64,000 nucleotides of DNA from positions 32,001-96,000 of the forward strand of contig JBEKSS010000009.1 of assembly GCA_049516875.1 (NCBI GenBank), read 5' to 3'. The DNA comes from Candidatus Bathyarchaeia archaeon (GTDB lineage: Archaea; Thermoproteota; Bathyarchaeia; Bathyarchaeales; Bathycorpusculaceae). This document shows positions 41,891 through 51,500 of this stretch, piece by piece. Each line of letters begins with the position of its first letter. Positions within the stretch are counted from its first letter, which is position 1. Below the pieces are notes generated by a model, which saw only the letters and a program-made list of their open reading frames with translations, ran no database searches and was not told the origin of the DNA. The position numbers and the translations under genes were made by a program.

Positions 41891-42831
41891 ATGGTGCCCT
41901 CCTCCTCTCCCAGAGTTTCCCCAGTTAGGTTCAGAAACACGTCCTCAAGGCTCGAGCGTCTGAGCTGCAGTTCGCCGAACGGAATGTCGCTGCTGCTTAG
42001 ACTGTGCAGCACTTCCGAGACTGCCACACCATGATTCAGATGAACGATTACGTCTCCCGTTGGCCCGTCATAGTTCGCTTTTACACCCAGCTTCTCTATA
42101 TTCGGAACAGCCTTCGGACTCGTCTTCTTCAGTATAAGCATGTTCCTCTTGCCATACTCAGAAATAAGCCCCTGAGGCGTATCCATCGCAACGATACTAC
42201 CGTTGTGAATGATGCCCACTCGACTGGCGAGAATCTCAGCCTCCTCCATGTAGTGCGTCGTCAAGAAAACGGTCTTTCCCTGCTTGTGAAGCCCGTCGAT
42301 AAGATGCCAGACGCCGTGTCGCGCCTTCGGATCCAACCCCGCAGACGGCTCGTCCAAGAAAAGCACTTCAGGATTATTAACCAACGCGACGGCTATACCC
42401 AAACGCTGCTTCAAACCGCCTGACAAGTGTTTAAACAGGACGTTTCGCTTATCTTCCAAATCCACGAGTTTTATCAAACCGTCAACATCCGGACGACTGT
42501 TAAACATCCCAGCATAATACTGAATCGTCTCCTTGACGGTGAGCCTTTCATAAGTGTAGAAGTCCTGCGGCAAAACACCCGTCCTTTTCTTTATCGCCAT
42601 CTGGTCCTTCGCAATGTCCAACCCGAGGACAAAGGCTTTCCCACTCGTAGGCTTTCGCAGGCACTCCAACATCTCCACCGTCGTTGTCTTACCCGCACCG
42701 TTAGGCCCCAGAAAAGCGAAGATCTCACCTCGACCAACGGTAAAAGAAATACCGTTAACCGCAATTAAGTCGCCATAGCGTTTGGTAAGTCCTTCCACTT
42801 GAATAGTACTGTCATTGCTCAAACTTGTCAC
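41887..42831 (-). CDS. ABC exporter ATP-binding subunit
   Basis: GPNGAGKTT, LSGG, LFLDEP, TTHYMEEA. Confidence 0.95.
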   Translation of the reverse strand: MTSLSNDSTIQVEGLTKRYGDLIAVNGISFTVGRGEIFAFLGPNGAGKTTTVEMLECLRKPTSGKAFVLGLDIAKDQMAIKKRTGVLPQDFYTYERLTVKETIQYYAGMFNSRPDVDGLIKLVDLEDKRNVLFKHLSGGLKQRLGIAVALVNNPEVLFLDEPSAGLDPKARHGVWHLIDGLHKQGKTVFLTTHYMEEAEILASRVGIIHNGSIVAMDTPQGLISEYGKRNMLILKKTSPKAVPNIEKLGVKANYDGPTGDVIVHLNHGVAVSEVLHSLSSSDIPFGELQLRRSSLEDVFLNLTGETLGEEEGTI

Positions 42832-43032
42832 TTCCAGTGATTACCCGCCTTCGACATGGACTCCGTTATCTTAAACTTTTCTGTGACCTCCCAGGAAAGA
42901 ACGCGTTCCTCAGGCCTAATTCTCTGTGAACGTGCATCGGTCGACAGGCGCACACAAACTGCCGCAAGTATTTTATACAAGAGTTTCCGAAGTTGCTTGC
43001 AGACAGAGAAGAGCCAAGATTCTGGGAAAAAC

Positions 43033-43329
43033 ATGTCAATCCCACCTGAGATCGCCTGGATAATCCCCGTTGTCCTACCATTCATCATAGGCCTGCTCGT
43101 GGGCGCCGTGCTCAGGAAAGCCATGAAGCTCCTCATACTCGTAGTCGCACTAATCATCATCCTCGTCGCAACCGGAATCTTGAGCATAACCTTCACCGGT
43201 CTCTTCGCCCAAGCCATGCAGTTCTTGCCCAAGCTCTACGACGTCGGACACGGATGGCTCAACGTCCTACCCTATACTTCCATTTCATTCTTGATTGGCG
43301 TCGCACTGGGATTTCTGTTCTCGAAGTAA
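43033..43329 (+). CDS. Small membrane protein (FUN14-like)
   Basis: Three hydrophobic helices with FIIGLLVGAVLRKAMKLL. Confidence 0.7.
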   Translation: MSIPPEIAWIIPVVLPFIIGLLVGAVLRKAMKLLILVVALIIILVATGILSITFTGLFAQAMQFLPKLYDVGHGWLNVLPYTSISFLIGVALGFLFSK

Positions 43330-43395
43330 CGCGTGCACGACAGTGCTGCTCAATCCAGCTCAAGACATCGTCCTTCGGCGCGCGCTACAAGTCCG

Positions 43396-43539
43396 ATGAC
43401 TCAGGGTCCGTACGGCGGCACCTACTCTGTCATGCAGACCAGTCTGGCAACAATCTTGTTTCTTGGTTTGGTGCTTTCTTTCCTCGGTGTCCTTATCGCA
43501 GAATTCGCAAGTAAAATTCGGAAGAGAGTAATGTCCTAA
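43396..43539 (+). CDS. Possible 47-aa single-TM peptide
   Basis: One clean hydrophobic helix followed by a basic tail. Confidence 0.35.
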   Translation: MTQGPYGGTYSVMQTSLATILFLGLVLSFLGVLIAEFASKIRKRVMS

Positions 43540-43626
43540 CCCAGGAAACGCGCGTCATGCCAACCACAATTGATGAGACTGTCAAAGCAACCGTTAATAG
43601 GCAATAAGACAGAAATCAACTACGGG

Positions 43627-45819
43627 ATGCCTGATCTACCTTCGAAAGCAGTAAACGGTTCTTCTGGAGATGCAGCGAGAATGAGCAGTGAAACGCCTTC
43701 GAATGAAATTAAGATTGAGACCAACGGCTCTTTTTTGCTGGGCAGAACCAGGAAAGATGATTCTCCGGTTGAGTTGCCAGTGCATGCTTTTAAGCGTCAC
43801 TTCATGGCCCTCGGAGGCAGCGGTTCGGGCAAAACCGTGCTGTGTAAATGCGTCATCGAAGAGGCTGTGCGGAACAACATTCCAGTCCTCATAATCGACC
43901 CCCAAGGAGACATTTCCTCTCTCGCCATAAAGGGCAATCCTGAAGAACTGGAAGAACATGGAACATCCTTGGAGATTCAAGAAGAATTCTTCTCAAGGGC
44001 AAGGATAGCGATTTTCACTCCTGCCAGCAATAAGGCCATCCCCATAAGTGTCAACCCGTTCAAATCCCCCTCACAAGACATTCCTCACGAAGAAGCCGTT
44101 CAAGCTATCGACCTCACGGCTACTTCTCTGACAAGCTTTCTCGGCTACGATCTGAACACGGACGCTGGAAAAGGCGCCAAAGCGTACATGTTCACCATAC
44201 TTGAACACCTGTGGCAACAGGGGCAGAGAATCAGCGACATGAGCCACCTGGCGCATCTGGTCCTAAACCCCCCAGCAAAAATCGCGGCGACCCTCAACAG
44301 TCTTGTGGCCAAAAAAGAACCGGAAGAGATTGCGCGGAAGCTGCATTTTCTGACGGTTGGAACTTCATCATTGATGTTTCAGATGGGAGTTCAGATTGAC
44401 ATCAGTCTGTTCTTGGACAACAGCGACGGAAAGGTGCCAGTGAACATAATCTACCTGAATACATTAGCGTCTGAAAATGATAAGCAGTTCTTCTTGGCGA
44501 CTCTCTTCAAAGAGCTCTATTGTTGGATGCTGAAGAACCCCTCAAACGATTTGAGGATGCTGTTTTACGTTGACGAAATCTCCCCTTACATCCCACCTTA
44601 CCCAAGAAACCCGCCTCCAAAAAACGCGTACACCCTTCTCTTCAAACAAGCAAGAAAATATGGTATAGGACTTGTAGCGGCCACACAAAACATCACAGAC
44701 ATAGACTACAAGGCTTTAGCGCAGGTCAACACGTGGTGTCTGGGCCGCATGATGACAACCCAGGACATTGCCAGAGTCCAGAAAATCATTCAATCAATAG
44801 ACCCAGCGCACGCTGACACTGTTCTGCGGAAACTGCCAAGCCTGCGAACGGGCGAATTCCTCTTGCTCTCCCCCGACTTCTACGATGACGTCGTCGATTT
44901 TAACGTTCGCTGGTTGGCGACCAAACACTTGACACTGGACGAAAGAGACCTCTCACAATACGTGCCCGCGGAATCAAGGATGTTCTTCGAAAAACACTTG
45001 GAAACGAAAATCACTAAGAAGTGGACCGCAGCCGCGCATTTTGCACCCTCCACGACTCTGGAGGAGAGAACCCGGCGATTTCTCTATTCAGCAAGAAAAG
45101 CAGTCTCAGCAGACTCTGTCGCCAGAAACTTGAAGACAAGTCTCGCAGACACGGAAAAAACTCTCCACAAGCTCGTCAACACCAGAATCGCAAGAAAAGG
45201 TCGGACCAAAGGCCGCAGTAAATACTTGTACTGGCTCTCAGAATTCAACCTCGACCCTTCCAGAGACATCAACGGAGAAGTCCTGACGATTCCTGCACGC
45301 ATCACTCAGGTCGAAGCTTCCAAAAGAGCCAATTCCATGCTTCAGGGCAGCTCGTACCGCAAGGAGGAAGAAATCTACGATGCCGAGCTCTCGTACATCC
45401 CCATCTGGAGAGTCACCGCGACCCGCGAAGCAACCAGACTGCTCCTCCTCAAGAAAGAAGAAACACACACATACTACGTGAGTGCACAAACAGCTGCCAT
45501 AATATCACTCGAGAAAAAAGAGATAGTCTTTCACAAGCTGATGACGAGCGCCACCGAGAAACTGAGAAACCTGGACGAAGATGAACACATCACGTTCGTG
45601 CCCAAAATGCCCGGCGAAATTGAAAAGTTTCCACAGATAAAACTTGGCATTGATAGAGCATATCAAACGCTAGAATTGAAGATAGGCGTCAAGCCGGTTT
45701 CAACAGAAATGATATTACTGCCAGTCTGGAGCCTGAAAGTGCAGCACAAAAAGAAAAAGACGAAACGCACCATCAGCATGGATGCAGCCACAGGCCGCTC
45801 GTTGTCTGGACATTTCTAG
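43627..45819 (+). CDS. HerA/FtsK-superfamily (DUF87-type) ATPase with C-terminal wHTH-like extension
   Basis: RHFMALGGSGSGKT, IIDPQGD, FYVDE, QARKYGIGLVAATQ. Start uncertain (43570, 43627 or 43681). Confidence 0.85.
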   Translation: MPDLPSKAVNGSSGDAARMSSETPSNEIKIETNGSFLLGRTRKDDSPVELPVHAFKRHFMALGGSGSGKTVLCKCVIEEAVRNNIPVLIIDPQGDISSLAIKGNPEELEEHGTSLEIQEEFFSRARIAIFTPASNKAIPISVNPFKSPSQDIPHEEAVQAIDLTATSLTSFLGYDLNTDAGKGAKAYMFTILEHLWQQGQRISDMSHLAHLVLNPPAKIAATLNSLVAKKEPEEIARKLHFLTVGTSSLMFQMGVQIDISLFLDNSDGKVPVNIIYLNTLASENDKQFFLATLFKELYCWMLKNPSNDLRMLFYVDEISPYIPPYPRNPPPKNAYTLLFKQARKYGIGLVAATQNITDIDYKALAQVNTWCLGRMMTTQDIARVQKIIQSIDPAHADTVLRKLPSLRTGEFLLLSPDFYDDVVDFNVRWLATKHLTLDERDLSQYVPAESRMFFEKHLETKITKKWTAAAHFAPSTTLEERTRRFLYSARKAVSADSVARNLKTSLADTEKTLHKLVNTRIARKGRTKGRSKYLYWLSEFNLDPSRDINGEVLTIPARITQVEASKRANSMLQGSSYRKEEEIYDAELSYIPIWRVTATREATRLLLLKKEETHTYYVSAQTAAIISLEKKEIVFHKLMTSATEKLRNLDEDEHITFVPKMPGEIEKFPQIKLGIDRAYQTLELKIGVKPVSTEMILLPVWSLKVQHKKKKTKRTISMDAATGRSLSGHF

Positions 45820-46069
45820 AAGGAACTAGCGCCGTGGTCACTTTGGAGATTTTGGACCGCAAAAGGCACGAGAGTTTCCGTTGTAGTTATGCTTAAAGCT
45901 TATCGAGCGCGCACTAGAAACTGGGAAGTTATAGTCTTATTACTCCGTTCCTATTGAACTGTAGTCACGAGGCCCTTGGCTTGCTTCAGGTCTGAGTAAT
46001 GAACTGTAAGAGTGTGCAAACGTCATGAGGCATCTGGGAAACGAAAGGAATGGTTAGCGGTGATGGCTT

Positions 46070-46720
46070 ATGCCAGAGGCGTTTAAGGGATTTGCAGCGC
46101 GTTTGTACGCGTTTGCAACGAGAAGGATCTCTTTGTTCAGGGACTTTGACATCACAATAGCGGACGAGATTTTGAAAAAAGTCGCATTGGGGACGGTTCT
46201 GGATGTGGGGACTGGCCCAGGACATCTTCTTGTCAAGATAGCTATCAGAAATCCATCCTTGGAAGCAGTTGGACTTGATGTCTCACGGGATATGATTAGG
46301 ATAGCTCGCGCAAATGCAAAGAGGGCAGACTTGGACAATGTGCAGGTTCTCGTGGGCGACGTTGCAGAAATCGGCATGCAAAATGAATCTGTGGATCTTG
46401 CTGTGGCAACGCTGAGCTTCCATCATTGGTTAAAACCAGCCAAGGCGTTCGAAGAGCTCCACAGAGTCTTGAAAAGCGGAGGAGAAGTCTGGATATACGA
46501 GGTAAACAGTGACCTGACATCACAAAGCGAAACATGGGTGAAAACCAAGTACAACCCAATCATAAGAAAAGTTGCACCCATAGTCGTGAGAATGTTAAGT
46601 AGGCACTCCATCACAGTTGAGAATGCCCAGGCAATTCTCAGAGATAAGAAGAACAGGTTTGCCCATGCCAAGGTTGAGCAACTCGAACCTCTGCTCGTAA
46701 AGATGATATTGACTAAGTGA
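46070..46720 (+). CDS. Class I SAM-dependent methyltransferase
   Basis: VLDVGTGPG, GLDVS, SFHHW, RVLKSGG. Confidence 0.9.
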   Translation: MPEAFKGFAARLYAFATRRISLFRDFDITIADEILKKVALGTVLDVGTGPGHLLVKIAIRNPSLEAVGLDVSRDMIRIARANAKRADLDNVQVLVGDVAEIGMQNESVDLAVATLSFHHWLKPAKAFEELHRVLKSGGEVWIYEVNSDLTSQSETWVKTKYNPIIRKVAPIVVRMLSRHSITVENAQAILRDKKNRFAHAKVEQLEPLLVKMILTK

Positions 46721-47019
46721 GCACAGCCCGCGCCTATTCAAGCTACATTCGTCCAAAGCGCGCTAAATCCTTTGTAATAATCGCGCGCGTGGAAAATTCC
46801 AAACAGACTGGGTTTTCATGATCTGCATGGTGGATGCTTCCAATGAATCCAATGATATGTTTCCAGATGGCATGCGTGCACATGCTTGGCTATATGGGGC
46901 CATATCATTTAGTACCAGTTAAAACCACTTACTGCTTTACGTTTTTTATTCCATAGTGTTCATGTATCTTAGGGTGCTCCCAAAACTATTTAAATGCTCC
47001 AATTTACAGGTCCAACTGG

Positions 47020-48513
47020 TTGAAGTTGCTCACGCATACTTATACGATGGATATACGAGGTCCCGACAAGAACCGTTTAATTCTCGGTTTGAAAACCGCC
47101 ACATTCTTAGCAGCAGTTCTCGTTGTCTTTCGCCAAGACTTAGCAAAGGTGGTAGTTGACGCTTTGCAGAACGAGTCCACAACTTACGTGCTGGCTATAC
47201 CCTTTCTCTTCGCCTACCTGATCTACCGTAAAAGAAAAATGTTGAGAGCGGTGATGCCGCTTGAGAGTCAGGCTCAGCCAAAAGTCTTCGGATTCTTCGC
47301 GACGATCGTCGGAGTGCTTCTCGCCTCAATAGCATTGCTGTTCTATTGGTTTGGTTCATACACGTTCACGCCTCTGGAATATCACATGTTGACCCTGCCA
47401 ATCTTCGCCGCTGGCCTAACCCTAATCCTTTTCAACACACAAACACTCAGAGAATTAGCGTTCCCCTTGGCTTTCCTAATACTCTTGACGCCGCCATCAG
47501 AAATACTCAGCAATGTTGGTCCAGCTTTTTCAGTGATAAGCTCAGAAGCCTCTTATGCCTTCATACGGTTTGTAGGCATACCGTCAACTCTCACGAGTGA
47601 GTATGGCAACCCGGTAATCCAGTTGGCCAGGTCGGGCGGCCAGACGCTGGGCTTCGCCGTCGACGTAGCTTCCTCGGGCATCGGCAGCCTGCTAGGATTT
47701 CTGGTCTTTGTGGTTTTTATCGGTTACATCATCCGGGACAAACCGTGGAAGAAACTTGCGCTGTTTCTCATTGGGTTTCCACTTATTTATGTGCTGAGCA
47801 TAGCGAGAATAGCCACGATTCTCCTGATAGGCTACAACTTCGGGAGAGACGTGGCAATAGGGCTTTTCCTCCCGCTGGGCGGATTGATTCTCATATTCCT
47901 CGGAACCCTCCTGTTGCTCGTTCTCTCAGATAGAGTCTTCCACACCCAGATATTCTCCAGACCATCGCAAGAGTGCTTAGCATGCAGCATACCGCTCATA
48001 GCCGACCGAACCTTCTGCTTTTCCTGCGGCAGAATCCTGAAACCTGCAACTGCCGAATTCCACAAAACCGACGTGGTGAAAATAGCTGCAATAATTACTG
48101 TCCCAGTTCTATTAATGGGGCCGATTGTAACATCGTCGCAAGCAGTTCTGGTCCTGTCTCAGCACAGCTTGTACGTTGCAGCGACAATATGTGCATTGCT
48201 TCCGAGCGTCGCAATTTTATACATTATTGAAAAGAGAGAACAGAATAAAGCAGATGCCCGATTCTATCAAAAGCTGTCAACGCGAAATAGGCAAGTCATC
48301 GACACGGTCTTAGAAACAGAAAAAACCACGATACCCACCTTGCGCGCAATCGCCGCCACATACCAAAAGAAGACAGGCGAACCGCTCAAAGATGAAGAAA
48401 TGCTACAAGGGCTCTACCATGCAGAAAGAACAGGCATAATAGAAGGCGACATAGCCAATGTCCAGGACGAGCCAACACAAGTATGGAGAGGCCAACTGAA
48501 ACTTTCTAAGTGA
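47020..48513 (+). CDS. Exosortase/archaeosortase-family membrane protein with substituted catalytic residues, zinc ribbon and C-terminal wHTH-like domain
   Basis: YVLAIPF, FPLAFL.L.TPP and FAVDVASSG (canonical ACSG) followed by xxRI; CLAC...CFSC. Start may be 47047. Confidence 0.78.
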   Translation: MKLLTHTYTMDIRGPDKNRLILGLKTATFLAAVLVVFRQDLAKVVVDALQNESTTYVLAIPFLFAYLIYRKRKMLRAVMPLESQAQPKVFGFFATIVGVLLASIALLFYWFGSYTFTPLEYHMLTLPIFAAGLTLILFNTQTLRELAFPLAFLILLTPPSEILSNVGPAFSVISSEASYAFIRFVGIPSTLTSEYGNPVIQLARSGGQTLGFAVDVASSGIGSLLGFLVFVVFIGYIIRDKPWKKLALFLIGFPLIYVLSIARIATILLIGYNFGRDVAIGLFLPLGGLILIFLGTLLLLVLSDRVFHTQIFSRPSQECLACSIPLIADRTFCFSCGRILKPATAEFHKTDVVKIAAIITVPVLLMGPIVTSSQAVLVLSQHSLYVAATICALLPSVAILYIIEKREQNKADARFYQKLSTRNRQVIDTVLETEKTTIPTLRAIAATYQKKTGEPLKDEEMLQGLYHAERTGIIEGDIANVQDEPTQVWRGQLKLSK

Positions 48514-48542
48514 ACAGACGCAGAAAAAGGGTGCGGGGTGTT

Positions 48543-51500
48543 TTATCGACGTTTGCGTTTGTACATTCGAAAAGCGCCTAGTGCTGCGAAACAACCAGCC
48601 AAGCCTAAGATTGTTCCAAACAGGTATTCTGGGATCAGGGAGAATCCTGCCGTAGTCACGATCTTGTTGTTGTACAAAGCGTCAACGTCGGCATCGTACT
48701 TGCCGTTGCCATTAACGTCGACCAGAATATCATACTTTCCAGGAGTCAAAGACTTGTTCCATACAGCGGTCAGATTAATGTTTCCCGAAGAGTCCGAAGA
48801 CACAGAGGTCACGGTGCCTTGAATCCTAGCGGGGATTGTCATACCGTCAACCCATGCTGTGTCATTCACGACGTAAATGTTGTATGTCTGGTTTGGCGCA
48901 TAGCCTGTTCCAGTGACATAAACCGTTTCGTCAGAATTGAAAACATCTTTCTGCGCACCTGTACCGTCACAACTTCCGATGGTAGGCCGTTCCCGAACCT
49001 GCCAGTTCCAGGTTATGGTTGAGTTCTCGGTTATGGTAAAAGTCACAAAAGAGCCACTGCCGCTAGACGGAACAGAACCAGAACCAACCCACCCAGTACA
49101 AGTCCAAACCTGACCTGCTTCAGTCACTGGACTCGTAACACTACAAGTAACCGAGCTACCATCGCCGTAGGGGTTATTACCAACACCCGGACTCGGACTA
49201 TCATGGGCAGAAGAAACAGTCAAGTTCCACTGAACAGGCGGAGTCACAACCCAGCTCCAAGTTATGGTTGAGTTCTCGGTTATGGTAAAAGTCGTAGAAG
49301 TGTCACTACCGCTAGAGGGGACATAGAAGCGATCGCCAACACCCGGACTAGGACTGCCATGAGCAGACACAACACCTAAGTTCCACTGAACAGGCGGAGT
49401 CACAACCCAGCTCCAAGTTATACTCGAATTCTGAGTTATCGAGAACGTCACAGAAACACCGCTACCGCTAGAAGGAACAGAACCAGAACCAACCCACCCA
49501 GTGCAGGTGTAGGAAACACCAGCCTCAACCACAGGACTAGAAACACTACAAGTAACCGAAGCACTATCATTATACAGGTAATCGCCAACAGCCGGACTCG
49601 GACTGCCATGGGCAGAAGAAACAGTCAAGTTCCACTGAACAGGCGGAGTCACAACCCAGCTCCAAGTTATGGTTGAGTTCTCGGTTATGGTAAAAGTCGT
49701 AGAAGTGTCACTACCGCTAGAGGGGACAAGGTAATCGCCAACAGCCGGACTCGGACTGCCATGGGCAGAAGAAACAGTCAAGTTCCATAGAACAATCTGC
49801 CAATTCCAAGTTATGCTCGAATCCTGAGAAATCGTGAAGGTCACGGAAGAGTCAGAACCACTGGACGGAACAGAACCCGTACCCGTCCAACCAGTACAAA
49901 CGTAAGCAACACCGCCTTCGGTCACCGGACTGGTTACACTGCATGTAACAGAGTCACCTTCATCATAGAGGTGATCGCCAACAGCCGGACTGGGATTGTC
50001 ATGAGCAGAAAAAACGGTCAACGTATGCTGAACAGCGTTACCATGCCAATTCCAAGTGATAGTTGAATCCTGAGTTACTGTGAAAGTCACGGAAGAGTCA
50101 GAACCACTGGACGGAACAGAACCCGTACCCGTCCAACCAGTACAGGTCCAAACGGTACCACTCTCAGTCACCGGACTAGAAACACCACAAGTAACCGACG
50201 TCCCATCATTGATAATGTGGAGTCCGTTGCCGGGGTTGGGGCTGTCATGAGCAGAAGAAACGGTTAACCTGCGCTGAACAACCTGCCAGTTCCAAGTTAT
50301 GCTCGAGGTCCCCGTTATCGTGAAGGTGACAGACGATGAACTGCCGGAGGATGGAACGCTTCCTGTTCCAGTCCAGCCAGTGCAAATGTAGTGAGTACCA
50401 GACCCGTCCGACACAGGAGAAGTGACAGACTCGATTATGCTTGAGCCGGAGTCAAACCACCAGCTCAAGGGAGTTGGCGAGTCGTAAGGAGAAGAAACAG
50501 TGAGGTAATACTGGGTCTTCCAGTTCCAAGATATGCTTGACGGCGCAACAATCGTGAACGTCACAGACGTCGCAGAACCAGAAGCAGGAACACTTCCCGC
50601 ACCAGACCAACCCGTGCAAACGAACTGAATGCCAGAACCACCGGACACAGGAGATGTCACTGAATCGGTTATGCTAGAACCAGAGTCAAACCACCCGCTC
50701 AAGGGAGTTGGCGAGTCGTAAGGAGAAGAAACAGTGAGGTAATACTGGGTCTTCCAGTTCCAAGTGATGCTCGATGGCGTAGCTATAGTGAAGGTTATGG
50801 ATGAAGCGGTTCCGGATGCAGGAACACTTCCTGTTCCAGTCCAGCCAGTGCAAACGTACTGAGTGCCAGAACCGCCAGAAACCGGAGAAGTAACAGACTC
50901 GGTAATGCTTGAACCCGAGTCAAACCAACTGCTCACAGGAGAAGGCGAATCGTGCGGAGAGGAGACAGTGAGGTAGTATTGGGTTTTGTAGTTGCTGATT
51001 ATGTTTCCGTAGGTTGTGATTGTTATGGAGCCGCTTTGGACAGAGGATAAGCCGCTTGTGCTTGTCCAAAGGTACTGCTTGGTGGTTGAGCCTACGACGA
51101 GGGGTGATTGGAAAGCGAAACTGTGGGTCGAGCCCACGCTCCAAGAGAATGACACGGGTAGTTGCAGTCTAGAGTAGCTGACCGAGTCGATGATAACCAC
51201 GGTTCCCGTAAAGTCAGAGCTAACTCCCACTTTATCAAACGTGACTTGATTCTGAATTATATAGTTTCCGACGACGTTTCCCGAAGCTGTCACTGTTAGT
51301 GTTCCGCTTTGGAGAGGTGACAGCCCCGAGGTTGAACTCCAAACGTATTGCTTACTGCCCACGATTAGCGGTGACGCAAACGAGAAACTGTGGCTGGACC
51401 CACTGTCCAACCATAAGGAAACAGGGAGACTGCTTACACCATAATTAACGCTGTCAACGCTTGCTACCGCGCCCGCAAAGTCCGAGCCAACGCCAGTCTG

